A DNA stretch of 64,000 bases from Balanoglossus misakiensis. Taxonomy: Eukaryota; Animalia; Hemichordata. Location: positions 11,592,286-11,656,285 of the forward strand of contig CM082581.2 in the NCBI GenBank assembly GCA_040954595.2. The letters run 5' to 3'. Shown here piece after piece: positions 39,246 through 52,300 of the stretch (positions are counted from its first letter, which is position 1; every line of letters begins with the position of its first letter). A program made the position numbers and the translations under genes. The notes beneath the pieces were generated by a model. That model worked only from the letters and a program-made list of their open reading frames with translations. It was not told the origin of the DNA and searched no databases.

Positions 39246-40080
39246 TCATCATACGGCAAACTGATTTGTATGGCCGACTCACACAAGTTATATATCAATC
39301 CGCAACACGGTACTTTTTTGTAATATGGACAAAAAAAGGGAGAAAACATATAGCCTGACATGTTTTGATTATTATGCTAGTTATTCTTACCACACATCTT
39401 CATAAGCTTGTGCAATTTTGTTTGAAACAGTGCGTACCATTAAGAACTACAATGTTATGGTGCATTGACACAAGTCGTGCTGAGGCCCAAATTTGTGTCA
39501 GTTGCAAGTGAGCGCGCCTTTGTACATTCGCGTCAATTTTTAAGTTGTACATCTTTTCGTTTTATGGGAGATTTCAGTTTCCTATGGGACAAATTGTAAG
39601 ACGATCGTTGTCAAACATAAGTTAGGGACAAGTTAGAAACTGGATTTTATACATCAGGTGAGTTTTTCATAAGCTTTTCCGTCAATGTTACAGTGATCAA
39701 CACATGTGTCTGAAATGCAACCAACGGCGCAGTGGGATTGAAATCGACACAAAAACTCAGAGAAAGTTTATAATTCATGATTATGCCCAAAGTTTAAGAT
39801 AATCGGCAAATTTAATCGCTGTCGGTATAAGGTTCCTTTCAATACGAATGATTTTCTGACGAAAGGAGTTTTATTAAATGTAACAAAATTTAAATGTCGC
39901 GGAATGAAAACAGTTGATTCCGCTATTATTGCGTAGATGTACAGCAAATATAATTACCATAGGTGAATTAATAGATTTTGCCTACACTGTAGAATCACAT
40001 CATATTCAGTATTATAAATAGACGATCCCTTTTTCACCCACAGATTATATGAACTTAGGTATAAGAATAGGAACATAATC

Positions 40081-43000
40081 ATGCCGCTGTATGGAAATAT
40101 TGTTGTAATAAAACGTAATGGAAGTGATGGAGCCCGTTTTCCACTCACAAACACTGAATGTCTTCTTGGAAGGTAAGACTAAGAGAAGTGTATTCCACAA
40201 CTCGGTTTTTACAAGCATTCATTTTGATAGCTTGATTTATTTGTTTTGAAAAAAATACCCCCCCCCCATTAAAAAACAACAATATTGAAATAAGTGATTG
40301 AATTTGTGATTCTTTTTGTCTCCGTAGGAACAATGACTGTGATATTCGCATTCAGCTGCCCAATGTATCCAAAGAACATTGTAAGATAGAAATTAATCAA
40401 AATGATGAGGTAAGTTAATTGCTGTGATGATAATTATGCCAGTCAAATAACAAGGATGACTTTCAGGGTATTTGGTGGCCATACTAAGGATTGCATTCCC
40501 AACAAATTCAGCAAAGTTTATGTTCTTTTGTTTCTGTAGGTTTTCCTGACAAATTTAAGCCAGGTTAATCCAACGCTACTCAACAAGAAGCCAATTAACA
40601 ATCAGGATCAGATCAAGCACATGGATGTCTTCACCATCATTGATAGGTCCTTCAGGTGAGGTCAAAGTTCAATCTGATCTGGTGATTTCATGTGAAGATC
40701 ATTGTCTCATGGATTTTAGATATTATTTAGCTCGGATGTTCGGACATGCTAATATTGTACTGATATACATATATCTCTGTGTGTATGTCTGTCTGTCTTT
40801 GAGTGTTCAATAAATTATTGTCAACTAATTTGATCTATTCAGATTTGAGTTCCCCGCTGGATCCAAGCACCGTATGACACCCAAGAAGATGACACCGGCC
40901 AAGAAACCCATGCTGAGCTCCAATGCCTCAGCTTCACCCATTGCGCCGCCGTCGAAAACACCATCCAAGATGCCGATGGTTGACCCAATCGTGACTCCGC
41001 CAATGCCGATTGAAGGAGGCAGTAAAACTAAGAAGACGCCTAAAAGTGCTAACAAAACTCCCAAAAATAATACTCCTAAGCAAGGTAAATTTACAAATGT
41101 TTTCATGGTTCATCTGGCTATTGATGGTTATTGGTGACTGGGTTTTGAAACTTTCTGCAAAGTTCAAAGTTGACCTGCTGAACATTTCTGAATGAGCCCT
41201 ACTTACCAACAATGTTTCTATTTTTACTATTCTTAGTATCAGCTGATAAGATCCCGAAGGCAAGCCAGCTGTCTAACACTGCTCCTCCACCAGCACAGGC
41301 ATCTGCAAAGCCTAGCGAACCAGCTAACCTCTCTGCCACATTGAAAAATTCAACACCGTCTTCAAAGCAAGTTGAAGAAAGCCAAGCACGGCCAAATAAG
41401 ACAACCCCAGCTAAAGCAAAGACTCCCAAATCAGCCAAGAAAGCAACCCCAGCTAAAGCCAGGACACCAGAGCCAGCAAAAACAGATGCAGCAACACCAG
41501 AGCCTGCAAAGAAAGTGGCAACCCCAGCCAAAGCCAAGAGCCCTGAGTCGGCCAAAAAGTCAGCCACCCCAGCCAAGGCAAAAACACCAGAGTTGGCCAA
41601 GAAAGCAACCCCGGCCAAGAAGAGCCCAGAAGCCTCCAAAGCAAAAACACCAGAAAATAAGAAATCCACCCCGGCCAAGTCTACTCCTGAATCCTCCAAG
41701 AAAATTACACCAAGTAAGGAGAAGACACCAAAACAAAGTCCCAACAAAAGGCTCAGTGGTTCTACCAAGAAAGGAAGTGCAAAGGTGAGAATTTTTTTAC
41801 TTAAAAGTTAATTTGGTTAGTGCATTTGTACCTGCTCTCCCCAACATACATTCAACATCAAACACTCATGGTGGTGTTCTTGAATAACACAAAACGTGTC
41901 ACTGTCATTTTATCAGCAGGGAATGCCGTTTGGAAGTCCGCGCCAACCATCCAACACTCCCTTGAAGAGTACCATCAATCTCCTGCGCAGACGCTCGGCT
42001 CCAGTCAAGGAGGTTGATGAAGATGCTCTGTCACCAAGAGTGGTGAAAGTGTCACCAAAAGCATCACCCAAGAAAGTAGTGTCTCCAAAGGCATCACCCA
42101 AGAAAGTGTCTCCTAAGGCTTCACCCAAAAACAAGAAACAGGACACACCCAAAAGTCAAGGTGAGTGTTGGCAGGACCCCTCCCTCCAACAGTGTAATAA
42201 AATGTCAAAATTTATTGACAAATGTATACTATTTTACAGTTTTCCAAACTTACCCAGCTTCAAGTGACTTCATTCATGAAAGCCAATAATTTATTAATCA
42301 ATAATTAATATTTTTGCATTTTTATCCCTATTTATACAGGCAAAACACCAAAAGACAAGACTCCCTCATCAGGCCAAAAACGCAAGTCAACCACTGCCAT
42401 TGCTCCAAGTGCAAAACGTAAGAGGGTATCTTTTGGACCAAGCCTTAGTCCAGAGCATTTCGACAAACGACTTCCTCCAAATACTCCAATACGTCGTGGC
42501 TCCGCCCCATTCAGACGCAGATCATCTCCTGTGAAGGCTGCTAAACCTGTGACACCCGCACCCACCAAACGTGGAAGGATGTCTGTCCTGGCAACCCCAG
42601 GAACGGCACCAATCATAGAAGAGTCTCCCAAGGCCATGACACCGAAGAAATCGCCAAAGGTAAGCCCAAAGCAGTCGCCAAAACAGAGAGCAACACCATC
42701 ACCTAAATCCAAGGCCCCCATCAAAGCTGTTGCGACTCCAAAGAAGGCAAGTCCCAAAGCATCATCACCAACTGCCAAAACACCTAGTCCCAAGCAGGCA
42801 AAGACACCTGCAAAGAAAGCAAGCCCTGCCAAGCTGACGCCAAAGAAGAAATCTTCACCAAAGCTGAAATCCAAGACTCCTGTTATGTCAGCCGATGTGA
42901 GCTTCACAGGCATGTCTGAAATGTTCAACACGCCATCACCACAGAAAACCAAGACCACTCAGAAGAAAGTCAGTCCAACAGTGACACCAGACAAGCTATC

Positions 43001-46000
43001 TGATGTGAGTTTCACTGGTCTCCACGAAATGTTCACAACCCCAGCAGCAGCTAAAACCATCAGAGTCAGCGGTGGTAAAGTTGTCAAACCAACACCAAAG
43101 AAGACGCCCAGAAAATCACTGCCCAAAACTCCAAAATCAGCCAAGAAGTCACCATCTAAGACTACCACACCAAAATCAGCTAAGAAGTCGCCAGCTAAGC
43201 CTACCACACCAAAATCTGCTAAGAAGTCGCCAGCTAAGCAGACAACACCAAAATCTGCCAAGAAGTCACCAGCTAAGCAGACGACACCAAAATCTGCTAA
43301 GAAGTCCCCAGCTAAGCCTACCACACCAAAATCTACTAAGAAGTCACCATCTAAGAACACCACACCAAAATCTGCCAAGAAGTCGCCAGCTAAGCCAAAT
43401 ACACCAAAATCTGCCAAAGCAAAAACTCCCAAAGGGGCCAGTAGTAAGAAATCCCCTGGTGTTAAGAAGCTCTCTACGTCAGTCAAGAAATCTGCTGTGA
43501 AGGTAACTATCTTGAATATCACATATACTATAGCCAGTGTGTTTTTATATGTATAAGGGATTGTGTACTTAACCATGTAAATATGCAAACAATTTCACTT
43601 ATACCACTCTTCATGTAAACATGTTCGCTCACTACCATGGCATCTATATTTTACCTCTAAAAATGCTAACTGATTATCCCCTGCAATTTTCTAGACTCCC
43701 AAAGCAACCAAGGGCAAAACACCCAAGGGAAAGACGCCCAAGAACCGATGGGCTGATATCGTCAAGAAGGGCAAACCAAAGCAACAGGGTGCATTAGTGA
43801 AGGTTGCCAAAGTGCAAGAAATCAAACGTCGAGCTGTTGCTGTTAATAAGTACCTGGAATATCTGAGACGTGGAGCCACCCCAGCAAAGGTAAACATCCA
43901 ATCAGTCATCATACTTTCTTGTAGGTTTACACAGGAATTACAATGATATTTGTTGAAACATCTGAGATGGGTCGATGTTATCTTTCAATTTGTTTAAATT
44001 GTTGGCTTTGTTTTTTTACCAAGTCTAAATCCATAAAATTCTGTTGTATCTTTTCAGGCAAGATTGATGTCTGGTGTTAGGACCACAGGTCACGCAGCAT
44101 CTCCAGCCACCATTGTCATTGGTAAGACAAAGAAGCGTGCCGTCACTCCACGGCCAGCCAAGCGTCCTCGCAAAGGAAGAAAGACGCCAGCAAAACAGGT
44201 TGGGTCTCCAGCACCAGCTAACGAAAGCTTCACAGGAATGTCTGAAATGTTCATCACCCCATCACCAAAGTCTGCCAAGAAACAAGTCAGAACCCCCAGG
44301 TTGGCAAAGAATACACCCAGAACCCCTAGGTCTGCAGTGAAAACGCCACGGACCCCTATGACCCCGGTCTCGCCCTCTGAACTTCAGACACCTGAAGGTC
44401 CAGGTGAAATGGCTGTTTCGCCCATGTCGACCCCTGGAACTGCAACTCCTATGAGGATGCTGTCACCACTGAGACCAACAAAGACTCCAGTCAAGGTTAA
44501 CACCACAGTGCGCAGCCAGGCAACGCCAAAGAAGACACCAAAATCCAAGCAACACCCCAGAGAGCTGAATGTAGACAAAATGATGTCCCCTCTTGTCCCC
44601 ATGAAAACACCAACCAAGATGGCCAAACCAGTCAAGGCTAAACCAACCCCACGAAAGCAGTCTCCAGAAAAAATGTTCTCACCCCTGGTGCCTACCAAAA
44701 CGCCCACCAAAATGGCCAGGCCGGTAAAGGCCAAACCAACGCCCAGAAAACAGTCGCCAGGACGGATGGTGTCACCACTGAAGCCAACAAAGACACCGAC
44801 CAAAACTGCCAAGATGGTGAAGGCCCCAGCCACCCCGAAGAGTGTGACCAAGGCAAGTCGTAAGAGCATGGGTCTAACTGGTGTGTCCCGCATCATGAAA
44901 ACCCCTAAAGCTAAGAATGGGCCAATGACTGGTGTAACTGGCATTGCTGGCTTGATGAAAACCCCCGAGCAAAAGGGAGAATCTATCAAGAGAAAGTCCA
45001 TTGCTGGAGACTTGGGCATTTCTAGAATGATGAAATCTCCCAAGAAGCAGAAGTCCAAACCAGTTGAAGATTTTGTTGGATTGGCTAGGATCATGAAGTC
45101 TCCACGCCGCAAAGCGCAACCTGTGGATGACTTTGCAGGTGTCGCTGAAATGTTGACAAGTCCTAAAGCTAAAACCCCGCAGCCGAAGAAGACTCCAGCC
45201 AAGGCAGTGAAGAGAAAGAGGGACGAACCACTGGTCTCTCCACCAGTCAGCAAGAAAGCCAAGATGCAGGCCACTCCTGCAAAGTCACCAGCGCCGGCTA
45301 AGAAAAAAGCTGAGACCCCTGCCAGTGCAGGCAAAAAGAAACCAGTGACACCAGTGAAGTCACCCTCACCAGTTAAGTCCAGAAGTGTCAGAGGCAGAGG
45401 AAAAGCTGCCAAGACACCGTCAAAAACAAGAGCAACACGGGCCAAGGCTGCAGCTGAACCAACCCCCACTCCTGCTAAGGCAACCAAAGGAAGGGGCAAG
45501 GCAGCGACTAAGACACCTGTGAAACAAGCAAGTCCCTCACCAGCGCCGAAGAAGAGAGCTACACGTGGCAGAAAGGCTGTACCTGAAAAAGAGACACCAG
45601 CCACAGTTGCAACACCAGTCAAGGCATCACCTAAACCAACCAGGCGTGCTACACGTGGTAAGAAGGCTGCCCCATCACCTGTCAGATCCAAGACTCCAGA
45701 AAAGGCAACAGCAACTAAACCAGAGCCAACCCCGGCTAAATCTCGCAGAGGAAAGAAAGAAGTGGTTAATCCAGAGCCACTGCCAACACCTGCAAAGACG
45801 ACACGTAGAGGAAGGAAAGCCGCAGTTACACCAGAGGCACAACCAACACCGGCGAAGCCTCGCAGAGGAAGAAAGGCAGCAGTCGCACCAGAGCAAACAC
45901 CAGCAAAGTCTGGCAGTGGAAAGAAAGTGGCTGTGACTCCAGAACCAACACCAGCCAAGGCTCGCAGAGGAAGGAAAGTGGCACCAAAGCCACAACCATC

Positions 46001-46652
46001 TCCAGCTAAAACTAGGAGAGGAACGAGAGCCAAACCAAGCACCCCTGCAAAGACAGCACCACAAGTTACTGAAAAGGTTGAAGCCACAGCCAGTAAGACT
46101 GCAGCAACACCAGCCAAGTCCAGACGAGGTACCAGAGCAAAACCTGCTACACCCGTGAAGGTGGCTACTCCGGTTAAAACAACAACAAGGCGTGGCACCA
46201 AGCGGAGTGCACCAGCTGAACCAAAAGATGTTCCGGCTAAGAAGAAGGTTGTGATTCAAACCCCAGTGAAGCCAGAACCAACCCCAAAGAAAACCCGCAG
46301 CACTAGAGGTGGCAAGAAGGCTGCTACGCCTAAGAAGGCTGCCACGCCCAAGAAGGCAGCCACGCCCAAGAAGGCAGCCACACCCAAGAAAGCAGCCACG
46401 CCCAAGAAGGCGGCAGGCACCAAATGTAAGAAGAGAGCTGCTCCAGAGCCTAGTCTGGCATCCCCGTCCCCCAAGAAGACACGCAGTACCAGGTCAAAAC
46501 GTGCAGCAGAGAGTCCTAAACCAGCAAAGGCCAAGAAAGAGACCACTTCTGCCAAGAGCAAAACTGCCACTGCAAAGAAAACGGCTGCTCCAGCCAAGAA
46601 GGCTGCTTCTCCCGCACAGACGAGGAGAACCCTCAGGTCGCGGAGAAACTGA
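40081..46652 (+). CDS. MKI67: Proliferation marker Ki-67 orthologue (~1750 aa); exons 40081-40172, 40328-40409, 40540-40655, 40843-41084, 41237/41243-41784, 41916/41919-42160, 42340-43502, 43695-43889, 44058-46652
   Basis: N-terminal FHA domain (YGNIVVIKRNGSDGARFPL..CLLGRNNDCDIRIQLPNVSKEHC..DVFTIIDRSFRFE). PP1-binding domain KRKRVSFGPSLSPEHFDKRLPPNTPIRRG. Conserved WADIVKKG and TGHAASPATIVIG blocks. Extremely K/R/P/T/S-rich. Confidence 0.9.
43128..43418 (+). repeat. 39-bp coding minisatellite (TPKSAKKSPAKxT), 7 full units plus a partial unit
   Basis: Repeated acaccaaaatctgccaagaagtcgccagctaag... units; translation visible in ORF 42531..43556. Confidence 0.9.
46314..46415 (+). repeat. 18-bp coding repeat (KKAATP) x5 plus KKAA
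   Basis: aagaaggcngccacgccc units. Confidence 0.9.
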
Positions 46653-47201
46653 AGTGGCCCTTGCTCCAGAGTGCATAGACTGTTTTCAAACTTTTTGGGA
46701 CCATTATCTGTGCTTTTGTACGATTTTAAATTATGAGAGAAAAATTGCAAATAACTGGAGTGTGGAATTGCCCTCCTAGATAGCAAACTTTGTCTTTTTA
46801 AATGAAAACATCCAGATGCATTTTACAGGTACCGACATTTTAGAAGCATTTTGATTTTAAATTGGCAAGATTTGACAAGGTTTCATTGTATTTTTTGTAG
46901 CGCTAGTGAGTCTTTAAATTAGTGGAAAATAATGTACAGTTTTGTCTTCTCTTTTTAATTGAATTTTAGTTTGTTTTTTTTCGTATGTTTCGTAATGTGT
47001 AAATGATATTCTCCATGCAATTTGGAAATTGAAACCAGTACACATATTTATCTATTTCCTGTCTTCTCTCATTCCATGCACGTTGTGTGTGCTTTTCTCA
47101 AACCATCATCTTTCACCATTGTGGTAAACTTTTATCCTTCCAACATTCTTCATACATACATGTTTAACTCAGTGCATTTTTATGTCACCATAATGCTTTT
47201 A

Positions 47202-47817
47202 CCGTAGTTTGCCGGGTAAGAGCCCCGGGTGCTGGGCCAACAGATTAGCGAAAAAACAGGGGGGGGCTTTAGCCCGGATATGGCCTCGAGATTTATGCAA
47301 ATGAGGGATGGCCACCTCGACTTTTATGCACATTTTTGAGTGGTTCATTCTCCGAGTCCAAGTCGGGATCTTCCAATGTTGGGTGTTTCGCGTCGAGGAC
47401 GGACTGAAGCAGCTCCACGCGGCCGCTTTGGAAAGCTCCCCGGTGACCTCACACGCGGCAGCGCGTCCATCTACGTGATCGTTGAATTCGAGGCACGGTC
47501 CCGAGGGACCTGTCTGAGGTCATGTTTTCTAGAGCGGCTATATATAACTCAGCGTGGCCAGTCGGCCGCGGTGGGTACGATAATCAGCGCGAAAGTAAAT
47601 CATCATACATTTTTTTTTTCACTTTTAGTGACTTTGGGGATGAAAATCCGCCTTTTTTGCATTGCACTTTATTAAATTTCCAAGAATTTAATGGATATTC
47701 GGCCGGGGGGGGGGGGGGGGGGGGCTTTAGACCGGATATGGCCTCGATCTACAAATGGGCCCTAAAACCAGGGGGGGGCGTTTGTCCGAGCAGGGGCTCT
47801 TACCCGGCAAACTACGG
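47202..47817. mobile_element. 616-bp non-autonomous DNA transposon (MITE), Tc1/mariner superfamily with Tc2-like ends
   Basis: Perfect 25-bp TIRs CCGTAGTTTGCCGGGTAAGAGCCCC (47202-47226) and GGGGCTCTTACCCGGCAAACTACGG (47793-47817). TA on both flanks (47200-47201, 47818-47819). GC-rich interior with no transposase. Confidence 0.88.
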
Positions 47818-49332
47818 TAGATGTGTTCCACATACAAGTAACAGCCATTTTTTTACGTGCACATAAAATATATATTTCTAGTTGTGTGAATGTGGTTTAA
47901 AGTCGTTGTGACATTTCGTCTAATAGAAACAAAAACATTCCAGCACGATAGGTACTTTATGGATGGAAAAAATCTAGATTTTTAGATTTGAATGTTGAGT
48001 ATTTTTGCAATCATATATAGCCGACAATTTATTTTTAGATCAATTAGGTCATATTGACTTTTAAGATGACATGAACTTATGACCTTAGTGTGTGGTGGCC
48101 AATATATACTCCAACTGCCTGTGATTGTGAGCATCTAGGCTTTTAGATTATTTTGGTGTCCATTTCACTTAACATCTTGAGGAAAAGCCTGTATGCAGTG
48201 CAACATCTTTAGAGATATGTTTTGTAATTGCGATTGAGCTAATACACTGCCTTATATATAATCACCAAACATTGTCATCATTGTCATTACTCAACCAACA
48301 GGCAAAGGTACATGAACGCCTTGTACATCTGGCATCAATACTTGATGCCAGATGCTGACCTGTTGATCATGTGATCTGAAAGGTCATTGACACATTCATG
48401 TCATGAAATGAAGCACAGAAGACCAAGACAACACAACAAATTTATATGCTAATATAAAGTTACTTTTAATAATATTCCTGGGTTTGTAGACAAAATGGAT
48501 ACGTATTGACTATTGGTTCAGCAAGGCAAAATATACAGAAATCTGTGGCACCCCGGGGACAGATTAAAAAAAGGTAGTTCTCCAAACCTATATATTCTTT
48601 GCTACATAAAGCATGAAAACTGGGTGTTGACATTGTTTTCATGAAAATCACTATCTTAGGTTTGGAGACACAAATTAACCAAACTTATCAGTATTCAACA
48701 CAACTGTTTTTTTTATTAAAAACCTAGTGTAAGTGTCCTAATTATTGTTCCATGTCCAAAATGACATGGCTACAGATTATTATCCCGTATGACCAAACCC
48801 AGAATTCATCCCATTGTACTTAAATGACCACATTGTTAATGCAATGAGGATTGAAACATGCTGACTTATCACAAATTATGCAGTTCTGTCCAAGCCAGAT
48901 AACAGTTTACAAACAGATACGTCTAATTTGGGACACTGCACTAAAACGGTGGAAGTGTTGAAATGTAGACTGAGGCAGTGTCATCACCTGAATAAATAGA
49001 TAAAATGAAACCTACAATATTTGGTCTGATGATAAAATTCTCAGATGCAACATACTTGATTAGTAAACCTGACTGATTGCCTGCAGTATGGTCTCTGAAA
49101 TGTTCTATGTGTACATGAAAGATTCTGGTAACAGAAGCCCCTGCCATGTGACCTGACTACAGTCAAAATGATCGGATATGTATACGACTTAAAATGCAAA
49201 CTATCGATATTGCAAACCAGTCCACTTGTGTCCATATTCAAAAATGTACATTTCAGTAAAAAATCATGATTGGCAGTCAATGAAAGTGTAATTCTGATCC
49301 ACAGACTGAAGATCAAAACACCTCTTTGACTG

Positions 49333-52300
49333 TCACTGTGTTAACAGAGTTGTCACTTTGATACGTCCGTCCATCGACCCGGTCAGACACAGCCCACAAT
49401 TCATTGCTGTACTCCAGTCCACGCTGACCACAGGGGTCCGGTGACCTAGCAGGGTCAAAGTTCGTGACAAACCACCCGTACCCGATAACTGAAATGCAGA
49501 AAAAGGATGGGAAACTCAATACGATTCTTCAGAGCTACAAATTCTACTACCGTAGTATACACACTGAAGGGTACCTTCAGATATAGCTTTGGACCAAACC
49601 ATGGTAGATACAGGGAAAAGTGCACGTCTGTTGCCTTGCTCACCTTGTAAATGACACCACCATCTGCAGCACAGGTCAACACATGGGAACCTTCCCCATC
49701 AAAGGCAAACAATTTCCCTTTTGGCATCTGCACCTGTTTATAACCTGAGTAGCCAGACAAGACAAAAGGACCCGTAGCACCCGTGTGAATCGTCAGCTCC
49801 GACAACTTCACCCCTGGTCGATGTGCACTCCAGCTGATGAACTGAAGGAGACAAAAACAGAAGAAGAGGGTCTTTATCACCTTTGAAGCGATCTCTCCAT
49901 TTTATATCCAGAGTTGGGTAGTGGTACAACAACTATAAACAGGAATCTGTGACATCTTTACCTTGCCGTCAGCTCCCATGCTGTACACTGAATTCTCATC
50001 GGGACTGAATTGCACACAGAAAATCTCACCAATGTGAGCATTCCATCGTAATATGCACTCATATTTATGCATATCTGTAAAAGAATATGAAATAGAATAA
50101 GGAACCAGGGCTCGGTCTCTATAATAAATTTCCACATCTCAATTCACCAAAAGAGTGGAACGATTGTCCTATTGAAGCACACTGGTCCACGCAAATGATG
50201 TCTGGACTTCCAGAGGACAAAAGTTAAAGAGTGAACCTACCAAACAACCGGATCTGTCCATCGGAACCCCCTGTAACCAGTAAATGACCGTTGTGATTGA
50301 ACTGTGTACAATTGATGCACACTGTGTTGATTTCCAGTGATAGGTGGCGCTGCAAGGCATCAAGTGTGAAATTAAAGTGTTACCTGTGATGCAACTATAT
50401 AAATGACAGCAATAGCAAACAACTGACTATCCAGCCCCAAGATGAGGGATGGTGTAATAGCCCACTCTATGACAAACTGCTTACCAGACCCTTCATGGTT
50501 TTCAGATCCCAATAGGTTAGGTTTCCTGACCTCAAAAGTCCAGACAAGTTTTGATATTCCGAACCACTAACATCCATACTGGACCTCGTTGCTTTGGTGG
50601 CTGATGATATGAAATGTGACCCACTCGGACTGCATGAAAGTGATACAACTCTGAAAGGGGAAAGAAGCACAGAGTTCAATTTTTGGACCTTCCACTGACT
50701 GGATTTTATGGATTGGGTGACGGGCAAATATTCTGCATGGAAAGGGTTCTGATTATGACTGTGTTAGACAGTGAAGCACTTTTTCCCAATTGCTGCTGGG
50801 CGAGTAAGAAGTCGTGGCATTTTCAGATGACATACCTCGGGAAGGTCACATCTGCCGAGATCTCAGAGAGCGACTTCTTGGCTTCTGTGTCGAAAAGCTT
50901 CACTGTTGCATTGCTGGTGCCCAGTAACAACTGCAAGGAAATGGATGGACTTCAGACATTGAATTGACGTGGCAGAAAAGTACAGACTGGTAAATGCTGG
51001 GTCAGTTGTACTGTGTTTATAGTGCAAAATCCAGACAAGTTTTGATATTCAGAACCACTAACGAACAGAATGGAACCGACAACTCACCAATCTTTCAACT
51101 TTGGTAACCCACTCCAGGGACAACAACGGTGCTTTGGACATGATGGTAGCGCTTGTACTTGTGAATGGTGTGTAAGTCCACACTCTGTCCATGCAACAAA
51201 AACGTAAATCTCATCAGAACCTTTGATTCATTTGTTGCGAATCATACACAAGAATACAATTACATCTTACACGTTCCTCGCAAATTTAAACCATGGTCAC
51301 TGGATGTACCTGTACGCTAGTGGTGATAATATGCAACCATACATGGACAAGATGCATGAACTTACTTGACAACACCATCTGTATCAGCACTGGCTACAGA
51401 TGTTCCAGATGACGAAAATCTACACTGGGTGATAGACGAATGGTGCTCTATGTAGTCATCTTGACTCAGAATGATAAAAGGTTCTCCGTGAGCATGATCG
51501 CCTGAAAGACAAAGTCATGAACTTAAAAAGAATGCCGTTCCCTGAATTTTGCTACTGGTATTACTAGTATTTAATTTTCTTGTATGCATAATTTTCAGGT
51601 GAAAATTTTGTCAATATCAGGAGATTCACCTTGTGTAGTTCTCGCTGCATTTCCCACAATGCCTTGCTGTGTTTGTTGGTTTGTTGACTTCCATGTCTCC
51701 TTCTCCAGTGACTCACTCAGATCAATGCCTGTATCCGTGGTACCATATTCAGCAGACTGGATATTTGCCGCTGGTCTTGTTGCGGGACTGTTTGCTGGAG
51801 CCTTGGAAAATAACTCTTTTCGGATTTTATCGTGTTCATGTAACTTGCTGCTTTTCTGCTTTGGAACAGTCCACTTGAAAATTATAAAAAAGAATGAAGA
51901 TACTCCTTTTAATATTCTGCAATGTGCAATTTCTCTGAGTAAAAAGAAATTCTCGGTATTCTCAAAAGGGCTCCCACTGGGAAATTGTCTTTGCCAGACA
52001 AGACACTATCAGGTGCACTATGATATTTCTTCCCCTATTCTCACCACAACGAATCATGCACCTAATTTCTGTGTTTACCTGTTGTGAGGCTTGTTGTGAC
52101 AACGGTTGCTGGCCATGTTTACTGCCTTTAGCACTACTCTCCCTCTTCATCTGACTGGAAACACTGTCTTCTTTCTTCACAGCCATTGCATTTGCATCAA
52201 CCTTTCTTGTTATGGGGATGCTGCTGCTCAGCTTGGTGTTGTTGGTTGCTGTGGCAACACCAGATGAGTTGGCATTCGCATTTCCGCTGGCCAGAAACTT

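Noticed and set aside
43128-43418. Regular 39-bp repeats resembling a CRISPR array
   Set aside because: No unique spacers, in-frame coding repeat, eukaryotic context, no cas genes.
41199-46786. Long minus-strand ORFs (605, 209, 208, 194, 189 and 176 aa) opposite MKI67
   Set aside because: Shadow ORFs: K/P/T/A-rich codons rarely create stops on the opposite strand, and the products mirror the sense repeats.
48941-48990. Possible extra last exon of WDR91
   Set aside because: The preceding exon already ends with the conserved C-terminus and a stop at 49333-49335.
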